From positions 3,038,001 through 3,102,000 of the forward strand of contig CDRNST010000015.1 of NCBI GenBank assembly GCA_977016875.1: a stretch of 64,000 nt of DNA, read 5' to 3'. Within the stretch, counting starts at the first letter, position 1, and each line of letters starts with the position of its first letter. Source of the DNA: Pavona decussata. Taxonomy: Eukaryota. Positions 36,936 through 50,001 of the stretch are shown piece after piece. The notes below the pieces were generated by a model, which saw only the letters and a list, made by a program, of their open reading frames with translations, searched no databases and had not been told where the DNA came from. The translations under genes and the position numbers were made by a program.

Positions 36936-39900
36936 ATATTATAAACTACTGTAATTTTAATAAGATGGAGGGGCGCGCCTCATATAAATCGCGCTTCACT
37001 TCATTGAGCTCCAAATTTAATCAGTATATTCCTGGTTCATCATCTAAATGCTGTAGTTGTAGAACGTAACCATAATTCATGCAGCGATTTTCAATGTTGA
37101 AATGCTGCCAGCGACTGCAGTTGATTTTATTTTGTTTGGTTCAATATTAAATTACTCGTTGTCAGTGTTTTTCCGAATGTGTTACGAATCCAATGTAAAT
37201 TAACTTGACGTTGCACACTAGGAATGTGTATGTTTATCCGTAGGTCATTCGTTATCGCTGTGAATATCAAAAGATGTAAGGGTTGGAAGGAATTCAAAAA
37301 TTGCATTGAGATTTTGAGCATTTTTATTAAAGTTATCCATTGATGTATCCATCGATCACCCTACAAATTACCGTAGTTGATTTTTTTCTTTCAGTTATGA
37401 AATCAAAGTGCATAACGACCATTGCTTCGCAATGATTTGATTGGGTACATGCATTTAGCATGATCATAAATTTTTCAGTCATAATGTCGTCTGAAATTCA
37501 CGATGTTTCGTTCGGTTAATGTTGTACGGTATTTGGACTATCGCGTGATAATTTATGTCAAAAAGGAACATAAGTATTGGTCATAAACTCGACACACTCA
37601 AGATGTGTAAAATGTTATGGGCTGTTCAATTTTTCTGAAATTGTAAATTGTAAATCAAAGGTATTTGTTCAAAATAAAACGCGGTATTACGTAAAAGAAA
37701 TGAAGATCAGTGCATTTTTTTTTTTTGGTCTTGGTATTTTTAAAATCAAACAAAGACATGACGAGTTCTAAACACAGCTGTATGTAATCGAGAGTCGTGT
37801 CACCAAACTAAGCACTTAATTAATTGCATTACGGCTTGTCTCCGCTTCCAAAGAGAGTGCCAAAGTCCAAAATTTCTAGACTTGGAGAGAACTGGTCACT
37901 CGTTCTTCAAGAGATCGGTCAAACTTTAGAATCACCTATTTCTCAATAAATAAACCGTACCACAGGAAGACATGGTACTGGCTTGCGAAGGTTCCATTTG
38001 AATAGTTACACTTTCACAGACTTAAAAGCTAGAACCACATTATACAGCATAATAAAGAGCACAAAAGGAAAGAACTGGTCAATAACTTTGTTCAGAAGTC
38101 TGCGGTCTTCACCCACAGACTTTTTAACCCAAATTTTGCGGACTCTAGTTCTATGGAAGAAAAGCCGTAATTCTAAATCCGGGTGTTTTCTCCACAGTTA
38201 TCTGAAATAATTGGGATTTTGGCAAGCATTCCGAATTGTCTCGCCAGTCTTCGGTTACTGTGAGCATAAATTTTTGCAACCCACTGAATGCTTTCTGGAT
38301 CGTTCCTATTGTAACATGTGGATACATTTTTCAAATGGCATTTGTCTTTGCGACCAGTTCTCGCATATAGCGCTCTTTGATGTTGATTTTCATATGATCT
38401 GAAATTTATATAGGTTGTTGTCTTACTGACCACTTAAGTTTTTAGCTAATTTACAAAGGCAGCAAAATACCTTATCTCAGCTTGCCACAGAGACTATTAA
38501 AAGTACTTTCCTGTTTATTCGATCTTTCTTTGTGTGGGAAGGTGATAACAGGAACAACGCTCTATGTCCTCTATTCAAAATTATAGAATTAAGGATGTCC
38601 TAAGTTGGATTAAACAAATCCCTCATGAAGTGTCACTATTGATAGACAGAACAACATCCCTCCCTCTCTTCAGGGTCCTTCAGAATATCTAAAAAAAAAA
38701 AAAGAGTAGAAGTTAAATCCTTAGTTGTTTGGGCCCGAAGGTTTGAAGGCGGCTTGCTTCAACAGACAAGGGTCTTTGCCTTTTCAGGTCAAAGAGAGTT
38801 TGTCATGTAATTTCTGCAAGACAAAGATTTATGCCCTCCGTAATAACCACCAAATAACCACATGCAAACAAAATCGAGTATGTTAAATTAACTATATGAT
38901 AGCAGTTTAGTGTAAGCGAAACCCTTCAGTAATATCTGTGAGCATGGTTTGAAAAGACATGATTCTTAAATGTCTCCCTCTATCTGCTTTTGCCAAGGAT
39001 TTAAAGTTTACATTCGACAACGACATCCAATAATTGCCGATGTAAGACAATCCAACTTTGTTTCTTTAGCACCTTGATTCAGGGGTAAACGTTTTTTGAT
39101 GATCAGTGTCTTAAGAAAAGTGATGTCTCACACGATCTTCTTTTCCAAGAATTAAAGGAACACAGTATCATGTACAAGTATTCCTTACTGTGTAATCGAG
39201 ACTCGCGTCTGCTGGTTGTTAACTCAGAAATGCATAAGTTTTTCTTTTGTGCCTCAAATTGTTATCGGCCGCAGTAGAATGGTCCTTTGATGTCTACACA
39301 ACTCCTTCATTTCCAAGAATTAAGCTAACACAACGAAACATAAGCCGAAACAAAAACATCACAAAAATTCTGTTAACATCTATAAGAGAGCCAGTGACTG
39401 GAGGAAAATAGTCCTTTGATGTCTGGTGTAATTGTGCTTTCTTAGAATTAAGAGAACAAATCCATGGTGGTATTCCCGGTTTCTCTCGTAAAGGGTCTGG
39501 CAGCTGCTTATACATCGAGAAAAAAAAGCGTATTTTTTTTTGGATATTCACAAACGCCAATCTGGTTCCTCGAGAAAACAATGGTTTGTTTGATGTCTCA
39601 TGATCAACTTTTCCAAAAATAAAAGGGAATGCAACGAGGTTTGTCCCATTCTTATGTAATAAATACTTACGCTTTCTGCTACTTTCTATATTGAGAGAGA
39701 AAAAAATGTGTTTAAATCTGACAAGAGAGGATCAAGAAGTATCCTTTCTCAGCTTTATCAAAAAAAAGCACTGAGGACTCGTAAAATATTTTTATTAGTT
39801 GATGTCTGACTTATGGACCCTTTGAATCACATCCACTCAGTTATCAAAAGACGTGTATGGGGTATTATTAGTAATCAAAACAGAAACTTCAATTAGATCA

Positions 39901-41785
39901 AATAAATGTTGTTTTTTCAGTCATTTTCAGTCTGTAATGCCTTTAACAAAGAAACAAACATCATGACAAGGCTAAATCAAGTACATATGAAACTGAAGAC
40001 GAATGAACTCCACTCACAAAAGCAATTCATACTCTAACCGTCATTAAACTAAGAATTATTTTTGTTTAACAAAAGCGTTTACACCACAGCCTGTGCTGGC
40101 TTTTTGGAATAGTTTTCACGAAACATTATTTCATTAGTCCTGAACGTACCCAGAAAATGAACTGTCGCTCATCGTTTGTCATTATTCATGCCTATAGACA
40201 CCACTCTGCATCGGTACCTTTGAAATGAGGTTTTTATCGTTTTTTTTTTTCTTTTCTCAACTGAGTGATTTGCGTCCTTTTTGAACCTGATTCAACGTTT
40301 TGAAGGGCTTGAGTTGTCCTTTCTTTATTAGAAATCAATGCATGCCTTTTAATGCTGCATGTTGTTTCAGTTAACCATTTTTGGCACTTTTCGGTTTTAA
40401 TAACTCTTGACTGCAAACGTCATGTTATTTTTTAGCTTCTTTGCACAGTAATGGTGATTACGCTAAATTACGATTTTTTTGTCGTCGTATCTGTTTTCAT
40501 TTCCCGGGCGGATTCCGTGAACAAACATGTGAGCCGATCACAAGTTTGTGTGGGCGTGACTTTCGACCTCACCTCCCCACAACTGAGCGATCGTAGCGTG
40601 TTTGGCATTTTAAAAATGCAGCCTTATTTTCTCATACCCGGAAATTTAATATGGTGTGGCGGAAGTTCCTGAGCGTATTGGATTTATTTGTTGGCACCAA
40701 CTTGAATTTTCATTTCAACTTTCACACCTGTCTGATGTGGCAACTGGAGTTAATCCCTGCCATTGATTTTTCGATCAGCCAAAAGCGCCCACGTTCAAGA
40801 ACTGGAAGTATTATTTCGGGAAAATATCGAGAAAAACTAGTTAAACAGCATTGTAGAAAAGAGCTGGTCGATAGCTTTTATTTGGATGTTTGTTTTATAC
40901 TTTAGCCTTCATCTCAGTATATGAAAATAAAAAATAGAAAATTCCAATAAACTGTATTGAAAACGAGACAGGTTTTATGAAAAGGTAGAAAGTGCAATCA
41001 AGCCCTTTTCAGTGAGTTAAAATCTGATGATGCCTGACTGCCGGTTCGAAAGAGAGGCAATGAAAAGACCTCTTAATGCAGATTAACTCTATTCTATGGA
41101 AAGACAAGCTTTTTAGTTTCATTGCAAAAACATACATTGTTCCAACACAGCTGCTGGATCGATACGGAAGTTGAAACGTGTCAAGTTAATGCACTTTCAA
41201 CTCGTGTCAAAGAAATTCCGCTTTCAATCACTGCGAACTATGTTAACTATCCTATTTGCATGCATATACCTGAATACATTTAGAGGTGTTAAGAAACTTT
41301 CGTACTAATAATGCAACGAATAATTCATTAGTACCATTTAGAACTATACAAAGGCATCCAAGTCTGAAACTGCCAAAAACATCATCAATCACTGGTTTAA
41401 TTTTTGAAGACCTCGAAACTGCAAAATCTTCTCCAGTGGCGTTTGAACGGTAGAACAATGACCTCGAGTTTAATGGACTTGTCTTTGACAATAGTTTCAC
41501 TCTTATGCCCGGAAGTTTTACCTTTTTGGTGTAAATAACAGCAAGTTATTTGGCTTATGGATTATTTTCTATCCTTCTCAGCTAGTTATAATGGGTGATA
41601 AGAGTTTTTCTGAACAGTATGCACTGTGGAAGAGTTTTTTCTTCACCACCAAAAGCACCCCAAACCAGTCAAAACGAGAATAAAACTTGCAAAGTGAAGT
41701 GATTGCATGAAAACAAACAGCACCACTTGGTACTGCCAATTAGTTTTCACCTGAAAAGTTCCTTTCGAACTGTCTCTTGGGAGTA

Positions 41786-42056
41786 AAGTCGCCGTGACAC
41801 GTTTAAACTTTTACCTGAAACTTGTGTTTCACGAAGTGGTGCTACACGGTGAAACTCTTTTTTTTCACCACTGCGACCGCTGCAGAAGTAGAAAGCGGTT
41901 TTACTTTTCGTGAAACTTGTCCCGCAACGGAAGTTCGAAAAAGTTTCACGAAACCGACCATGTTACACGGTGCAACGCCTGCTGAAATTTGTTTCGAAGC
42001 GCTGTTGCACACAATTAAGTTTCAGCTAAAAGTTTCAACTTGTAAAGACGGCTTAA
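41786..42056. mobile_element. Harbinger-like MITE
   Basis: Imperfect TIR aagtcgccgtgacacgtttaaacttttacctgaaactt vs reverse complement aagccgtctttacaagttgaaacttttagctgaaactt. Confidence 0.55.
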
Positions 42057-42479
42057 CTAATCCACAGCTTCAAAAAGTTAAACAGCTATACAATGCTAGA
42101 GTTCATTTGAGTCACAGAGAAAACTGAGTTGCCGCTTTGGATAATGAAATGTTTATTTAAGCTAATGCACTTCCTAATCTCTTTATTCATTCCATCTTAT
42201 AAAGTCTTATTGAGTTTGTGGACAAATAAATGTTTCCGATGTCCGCAGAATCCAACTCACCGTATCCCATATCATAACATTCAGCATGTTTCATGGGTAT
42301 TCTCATTGTTCCTTATACCTTCATTCTAATTTTACATTATCTTAAGTGAAATTCCGTCTCGTTCCTTTTCGTTTCGCCCAAATACAGTAGGCCGTATTAT
42401 TAGTAATAAAAACAGAAAGTTCAATTAAGGACTGAGTTTTTCAGTCATTTTCGACAGTAGTCTCACATGCCAAGGCTAA

Positions 42480-42705
42480 GGCTGCTTTCGAAAGACCGTA
42501 TTCCGGAATGATAGGCGGAATAACTGTTAGATTTCTCTCTTTCTCTTTTAAGTAAATTTGGGAAGACATTTCTGTAAACTTTCGCTGACACATGATAATT
42601 TAAGATCGATTTTGTATTCCAGTAACTCCAAAAATCTCTTTTGAGGGATTTCTTGGAATGATTGTGTGTATTCCTATTCCGGAATAGGGTCAATCGAACG
42701 CGCCC
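42480..42705. mobile_element. PIF/Harbinger MITE with TAA TSD
   Basis: taa|ggctgctttcga...tcgaacgcgccc|taa; empty paralogous site aggc-taa-atcaa at 39969-39980. Confidence 0.85.
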
Positions 42706-43566
42706 TAAATCAAATAACACGATGAGTTCCGCTCACGCAAGTAATTCAAATTCCCTTCGGTATGAGAAAACGCCGGAGTTAAGTGTGAAATAAAAAAAGT
42801 TTGCTCTATTTTGAAAGAGCCGTGCATCTAAACGTTATTTCGTAAGTGCTTTACCTGGAACGCAAAGACACTCATTTTTGTTGTTTCATTATTTTGCCAA
42901 TCATTGCCAATTCGCCTTGTAATGCAGTGTCATCTGTTGTCCTTTTTCAGGGAATTCCAAACTAAATGACATAAATGCCTTTTATGGCTCTGTTTCGGTT
43001 GAAACAATTATCTTAGTCCTTTCGTCATCTTTGGTAACCAAATGAATAACGTTGTTTGCGCCGCGCATTTAAGGAACCCCAGCCACCAAGGTCGTGTTAT
43101 TTGCCTTTCTTTGCAAAGTAATGGTGATTAGATGTTTCTTTTTCTCGGCGTCATGTTTGTGTTCCTTCCCGGGCGGTTTCCGCGAATCAGCATGTGAACC
43201 GATCGGTTTACTTTTCACAAGTTTGTGGTGTGACTTTCAACCTCACGTCCCCACAACTGAGTCATGGCATCTGTGGCACCTCAGTAAAAATGCAGCCCGT
43301 CTTTAGCCGGTTATTGAAAGTCAAGTATGCAGCTTCCCTGGCGGAAGTTCCTGAGTGCATTGGATTTATTTCTTGTTGAGTCACAAGCTTGCGCTTCAAT
43401 CTTATGATCCCTGCCATGTCGCTTCCAAAAACCGCCCACGTTCACGATATGGCAAATCGGTCAATCGAAATAGACTAAAAGTCTAAACCTGAGCAACATT
43501 ATAGAAAAGAGTTGCTAAATAACTTTCATTTCAACGATTCGTTTTAAATCTGGCTTGTTATTAATA

Positions 43567-44015
43567 CAGTCGAACCTCCACGTGCGACCTCCTCCCGTAA
43601 GCGACCACCTATCCAAAACACCAAATCAGTTTCTCCCAGTCAAATTCCTATAGTTGAAACCTCTCATAAACGACCACCTTTCATAAGCGACCGCGACCAC
43701 TTTTTGATGTGACGGCGTTATAATTTTACATTGTTTTTTAAGCTCTTATAAGCGACCACTTGACACATGGTCTGATTTCCACATTCGCTGACTGAACTCA
43801 CTACTCAGAGTTTACAAAGAATTTTTGTGACAATCTAGCACTGATCGTGTTGTAACAAGGAAAATGTATGCAATAAATTCTCTTCGAATAAGTAGATGTG
43901 TCAGACATGTTTCTGAAAGAGACTCCCTGTGGTTCGACTCTCGTAAGCGACCACCTCCTGCAAGCCACCAATAAATCTTGGTATTTTGGTCGGTCGCTTA
44001 CGGGAGGTTCGACTG
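43567..44015. mobile_element. pogo/Tc1-like MITE with TA TSD
   Basis: ta|cagtcgaacctcc ... ggaggttcgactg|ta. Confidence 0.85.
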
Positions 44016-44240
44016 TATATGGAAACGAGAAATAAGAAAATTCCAGTATCAAATGTTGAAAATGCTATGGCGTTCATGAAAACATATGGAATGTGCATAT
44101 CAGACGATTTTGAATAACCTGCGTGGCTGGCGGTATCGTCAACGTGCGAATACTCAAAGTTTTGGCGAACTGTCACTTTCACCCAACATTCCGTCAGCTA
44201 TACGCAGGCTAGATTTTGAACTCCAAAGTAACTTCATCTA

Positions 44241-44479
44241 TAGACCTTATTCACAAATGGCGAGTAGATAAATTATTATTTTATTTTTATGAAAATTACG
44301 CTTACCAGCCTAGAGAGCGTGCGCAAAATTCACCAGAATTTTTACTCTAAAACTGGTTAGAAGGGCTAATTAGCCCGGCACTTACCAACCTCGAGAGCAT
44401 GCGCAAAACTCATCAGAATTTTACTCTAAAACTGGTTAGTAGGGCGTAACCATTTACCGCCATCTATGCATAAGATCTA
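44241..44479. mobile_element. TAG...CTA MITE with an internal ~79-bp duplication
   Basis: TIR tagaccttattcacaaatggcg / cgccatctatgcataagatcta; cttacca.cct.gagagc.tgcgcaaaa occurs twice. Confidence 0.7.
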
Positions 44480-45532
44480 TACCGAATCTCTTTCTTTAAA
44501 AGAAAAAAAGCATGCAACCGATATACGCGGCTGGTTGATCGAAAAGGTTGGAAGCTATCAGGCTGAAAATTTTGTAGTTTTTGCTTGATAAATTGACGAA
44601 TTTCACTTATCACCCTAACCATGGACACACGACTAAAATTTTGACCCCGGTGGAGAGAAACGACTGTGTTTAATTTGGGTCCACTACAAGATCAGAAAAG
44701 AAACAAAAGACTGCGACGGAATGAAGACTTCACCGAGATAAAATCGGTGAGAGCGAAAGTTCAGTTCAGTTTCAGTGAATTAACTCGTGAAAACTTCGTC
44801 CTGTCAAGCTCACCAGATTAATTGAGTGCCCCTGGTTCTGAGATAAACATAACACTGAGTTGCACCAGCGAGAAAGTGGGTAGAGGATATCCTAATTGAG
44901 GACAAATCGGCAAAATCAAAACACAATTACTGACCAGCAGGCTCAAAAACCATATCCGCTGCCGGGACACATATTCACGAAGAGAACAACTTCGCCCGCT
45001 TTTAAAAGAGTGGAAGGGATTCTGAAAAAGAAAAGAAGAAAAAGGGAAAACGGCCGCCTAGTTGTTTGACTAAAGATGTGTAGGCTCTTTTTCTTTTGGG
45101 TTCAGATACTTTTGAAGGTCCTCCCACCCCTTGGTGGGTTGCACGGTCTCATGATTTGCCGGCAAGCGCTGGCGATCAAGGCGCTAGCTAACTCTAGCTG
45201 CTGGCTGATATTTTAGCATGTACAGAGTAAGCACATACAAAGGATTAGAAACGGTTCTGCTCTTAACAAATCATTTAATAATCGGGTGAACGGTCATTAG
45301 CAGTCAGAAAAAAACTTGTTTTTACCTTTTCACTTCCACCTGATTAGTCAAGTTCAATAATTTATTAATAAAGAAGGGGAAAGTTTCTTGCTGGTTAGAA
45401 AATCTCTACCATTGGTCTTGGACGTCTTGGGTGTTTTGCACTGCCGTTAGAATTTTAGTCGATTATTCAAAATACCACGTTCGAGGTTGGCGATTGGTTG
45501 TTTTTTTTTCCAACCGTATACGCGTATATATT

Positions 45533-46740
45533 ATTTAACAATTATTCCATGAGCGTGCGTTGGATATGAGATGGTAAATAGCCAAATGGGCGAGAAGCGC
45601 CGAGTTGGCTATAACCAATCTCATATCCAACCAGCGCGAATGGAATAATTGTTTTATTAAATTCTCCCCGTTTGGATATTGATGTTGAAGTAAAAGAATT
45701 TTATTTTAAGTAAATATTTCTTTTAAATTAAAACGACCAGATGTTGAGGCAACTTCCGAATAAAGCGCGCGAAACTTAATGATCACATGACACGCGCAGC
45801 TCATTGCGAACGGAGTTGAATGAAAAATCCAAAGCGAAGAAGATCGGACACAGTCGGACATCTCAAATTCAAGAAACGTGTACGAGTAACAACCTTTCTG
45901 AGACAAGCATTCAAGTGCTTTTGAAGTTCCAGCTAATCGAGAAGCGTAATAGTCGTGCACATTTGAGCAAATGTTTTGCTGTGTGGTGCCGAGCGAAGGA
46001 AGGGATCAAGGACGGCTTTTTTTTATGCTGAACTGAATTCCTCGCAGACGTTTTAAAACACTTAGGGCAAGCTGAGTCCAAGTGTCGAGGTACAACCTCA
46101 CTGAGACAAGCATTCAGTGCAAGTTTTTAAACTTCAAGCTTATCGAGAAGTGTAAGAGCTGTGCACATTTGTGCAAATGTTTTGCTGAGTGCATGGTGCA
46201 GAGCGACAGAAACGAACATTATGGCCGCCGTTCGTACGGATTTCATGGATGAACTTTTGTAACTGGAGTCCTTGTAAATGCATAGAAACAGAAAGGCAGG
46301 CATTAAGCTCTTCTTGAGAATTTTTTTCGATCGGTTTTAACCTCTTACCGCCAGGATTTGCAAGCCATCCTGAAATTTTTCAAGGTAACCAGTTGTTATT
46401 GTTGATGTTGTTGTTATGTGATCTAAATCGTAAAATCGTGCAATTTTTCTGATTTTAAAGGAAACTTCGGAGATACGCACCATTAAATAGTGTCATGCCG
46501 AACTTAGTGGCTTTTATTGTTGTCATTGTATGGTATTTCTTTTCTTTTCTTTTCTTTTTTTTTCCTGGATTTTTTCGAAGAAACTTACGCTTTCCCGCCG
46601 AAAAAAGTTTTTAACTTAGCGACACCTGGGGCAATCGTTTCCCATATAAGGTCAAACTACGGTATATGAGCTGATAACCGGGATTTAGTGAACCAATCAG
46701 AACGCTAGAAATGCAATATCCGATGCTGAGAATTTAATAA
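45533..46740. mobile_element. Crypton-like non-autonomous element
   Basis: tttaacaattattcca...ttggatatgagatgg...tctcatatccaa...ggaataattgtttt hairpin at the 5' end; aaccaatcagaacgc...aatttaataa at the 3' end. Confidence 0.55.
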
Positions 46741-47560
46741 AGACCGATAACCACCGGTGGCTTTCAAATGTTAAATTACGAGTGTTTTCGTAAGGAATGG
46801 TAAACGTTTACTGAATGATTAGAAATAAGACACTTGATCGACATTGAGCAACAGTTTGACACTGGTTTGGTAAAGGGCGTCAACATGCATAAATACCTTA
46901 TAACTATAAGACTATTCCTTTAGCTTTTCGTGACTTCCGCAGGAAAAGTTTGTTGCAAGCCACCAGTAAGGTCCAACAGCACAATGTAAATCGTCTGGGG
47001 TCATCACTTCGACGTCGAAGGGTCATCCTTCGACTGAAGCCATCCTTGGCACCACGGACATACAACATAAACAGTTTACGCTCGTCATAGCCGTCTACGT
47101 GCAACGAAATAGTTGGACCATTGGATCGGTAAATGTGACCTTCTTCGAAGCTAGTCTCTATCTTGATAGGTGCTCTTAGTCTACTCCTTCTGGATGGAAA
47201 TTCTTTTGGCCGTTTAATTACGTCATACGTGCCGGACGTGAACTCAGTCAAGCAATCAATCTTCGATATCAACGCCCTGCCCCACTCCCGCATGAATTTC
47301 TGTTTTGTGATTTCTAATTGAACCCTGGTTTCTGTTTTCTTTTTTGGTTTCTGGCTTTTGGTTTCTGATTTCTAAAAACACTGACAAATGTCAAAAATAA
47401 GGAAATAGTTTCTGTCAACCGTCTTAGTATTTTTTTCTAAATTCGAAAGTGGTTGATAAGCATCCCTAATGTAGGAATACTTTGCAGAATTGCTAGTGTA
47501 AATTCTTGAGTGGAACTGTTCTAGAGCAGAGGATTTACACCGCCTGGCAGTGACGATACG

Positions 47561-48589
47561 ATGAACGACGATGATCCAGAATTTCAGGGAAAAATGCCTT
47601 TGAGCCCAAGACATCACTCTTCTTACAAAAACATGAACGGCACGGTTTTCATGGACAACAACGATGGGTACGAGGACCCGGACAGGTTTAAAGAAGAGGT
47701 CTTCCATAGTCGGAATCAAGGAAGACCTCTCCCCGACCCGAGAAAATCTGGTAACAAGAGACCCAAGGAGAAGGCGAACGAAGTGTACGAATCCGTTGAA
47801 ACTAAAGATGGAAGAAGGACTTTTACGAACGAATCAGTGTCGTTCGACGACTGCAAGGATCGGTGCCTCACTCCGTTTAAGATCCTTGCTTTTGCTGGGT
47901 GTTTGTTCGGTCTGGCCGCTTTAGCAGTGATTATAATGCTTGTTCTGGGAATACTCTCAATGCCAGATTGCCACAAGTGCAAGAAAGAGATTGTACCAGA
48001 CTCCGCCTCACAGGCTTCTGGGTCGACACAAGAATTGTGGCAAATCGTCGAGGAACTAAAGGCCAACGTGACCGACTTGAGCTTGGCAGTGAGGAGGAGG
48101 GACGAGATGATCGCACAACTTCAGAAGCGAGCCGAAGCAGAGTTGGAGAGAAAAGCGAGCTATCCAGTGATCGTCGGCAACAACTCGCAAATCAACACAA
48201 GTGGACTCATTGGAGCACGGGGTCAACCAGGTATTCCTGGGCCTACAGGTCCTAAGGGTGAGGATGGTTTGGATGGAAAGCCAGGGAAGGCAGGACCGGG
48301 TAATATGTCATTGTGCAGCTACATGAGCAGGGAAGGTGTCTCTTTTACGGCGGACTCTTTGGGTAACGGGCAAAACGTGATCGTAGTTGAGCCAAAAGGA
48401 TACAAAATCGTTGGCGTCACTTGCTCAACACGTGGAACGTCGGAATATAATTTAAAAAGCAAGTGGAACGACTTAACGAATGTAAGACAGTACGAGTGTG
48501 AATGTCGAGGACAATCGCTCGTGTTTGGAGCAGGCCCAGGACGTGCAACGTGTATCATTCATTATTGGATGTGTCCGCTAATTTCATAG
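47561..48589 (+). CDS. Type II membrane collagen-domain protein, paralogue 2 (342 aa, N-terminally shortened)
   Basis: Highly similar to 35832-36935, including about 350 nt of 3' flank; 11 Gly-X-Y triplets. The ancestral first 24 codons (47489-47560) are disabled. Confidence 0.8.
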   Translation: MNDDDPEFQGKMPLSPRHHSSYKNMNGTVFMDNNDGYEDPDRFKEEVFHSRNQGRPLPDPRKSGNKRPKEKANEVYESVETKDGRRTFTNESVSFDDCKDRCLTPFKILAFAGCLFGLAALAVIIMLVLGILSMPDCHKCKKEIVPDSASQASGSTQELWQIVEELKANVTDLSLAVRRRDEMIAQLQKRAEAELERKASYPVIVGNNSQINTSGLIGARGQPGIPGPTGPKGEDGLDGKPGKAGPGNMSLCSYMSREGVSFTADSLGNGQNVIVVEPKGYKIVGVTCSTRGTSEYNLKSKWNDLTNVRQYECECRGQSLVFGAGPGRATCIIHYWMCPLIS

Positions 48590-49081
48590 ATATTAGAAAC
48601 TACTGTAATTTTCAATAAGGTAGAAGTACGCGCCTCAAATAAGTCGCGCCTCATTTCAATGAACTCAAATTTCATAATTATTTGCCCGTTGTATCATCTT
48701 AAGCTGCATGTAGTTATATATAGCACGAAACCATAATTAATGCTGCGATTTTCAATGTTGAAATGCTGCCAGCGACTGCAGTTGATTTTATTGACTTTCA
48801 GTTCTTAATATTAAATTACCCTTTGACAGGGTTTTTCTTAGTGTGTTATGAATCCAATGTAAATTACCTTGACGTTACACACTAGGAATGTGTATTTTTA
48901 TCCTTAGGTCTTTCATTATCACAGTAAATATTAAAAAACAAAACTGACTGAATGAAACTTTCAAAATGTCTCGTTGTGACTGACAAGACAGAAGCTGGTT
49001 TATTGATGTTATGACATACATGAAAGGAGCACATGCAAAGGATTTTCCTGGAGTTCTGCCCAAACCGAGTATTTATTTAAA

Positions 49082-49559
49082 CATGGGCAAAAGGAAAAAT
49101 GCAGTTCGACTAAATGAAGCAGTGTGTGTTTTGTCGTAGTTTCTAACCCTACATTTCGTAAACAGTTCTTTCACGAAAGTCTTCATGCCAGCATAAAGAC
49201 CATAAACTATATGGTTTACTTATAGGCACTAGGCGTTTCCACCTTAGATATTTTTATGTTTAGTTAGTCTTATTAACACCTATAAAACTTTAAATTAACT
49301 AAATATACATATATAATATTAATATCATGTTTTAAGGAAATGTGAAATAAAGTATTGTATTGTATTGGTTGGTCAAGACATTCTGGAAATGCTCGCGTGT
49401 AAGACTTCTTCGTGAAAAAATTGTTTTCTAAGCTTTGTTTACGAAATACTGGAATAAGAACGGTGAAAGACACAACACTACTTCACTGTGAGTGTAATGT
49501 GACTTTACTTGAGATAAAAAGAGAAATTTAGTCGAACTGCATTGTTCCTATAGCCCATG
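49082..49559. mobile_element. MITE with 34-bp TIR (catggg...)
   Basis: catgggcaaaaggaaaaatgcagttcgactaaat / atttagtcgaactgcattgttcctatagcccatg; no clear TSD. Confidence 0.75.
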
Positions 49560-50001
49560 ATCTCATCTGTTGACTTGAACACTGAGTCATTTGGCGGTCA
49601 GAGGGGAAGGTGTTATTAACTTTTCACTTCCACCTGAGAGGTCAAGTTAAAGAATTTAATTGTTAAAATAATAAAGAAATGAAAGCTTGCAACCGGTAAA
49701 AAAAACCACTGTCAATGAACTAGAGTGTTTCAAATGTTGATTCCAACTAGCTTGCAACAAAATTCACTCTGGGTAATTGTCCACAAAGAAGAAATACAGT
49801 TTCATGAGTCTCCAAAATGTGAGAACGGAAATCAAAGAACTAGTTTCATTTCTAATCCTTGAATAGCCACAAGAAATTAATCATATTGAATCAAATTATG
49901 ACTGGTTTCTACTAATCAAAGAAAACATTCCGTGTAAGCTGAAATGAAAAACAAAAGCAATGGGCGAGACTCGGGAATCCTTTCCACTGGCAAATGCTGG
50001 A

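Larger units (their letters stand above)
39850..43540 (+). repeat. Old tandem duplication of non-coding sequence (~39850-40900 vs ~42385-43540)
   Basis: Collinear blocks: gtattattagtaat.aaaacagaaa, ttttcagtcattttc, agtaatggtgatta, ttcccgggcgg, ccccacaactgag, aaaaatgcagcc, ggcggaagttcctgag. Confidence 0.8.

Noticed and set aside
41024-41056. ctgatga...gaaa hammerhead-like core
   Set aside because: No NUH cleavage triplet or pairing stems I and III after GAAA.
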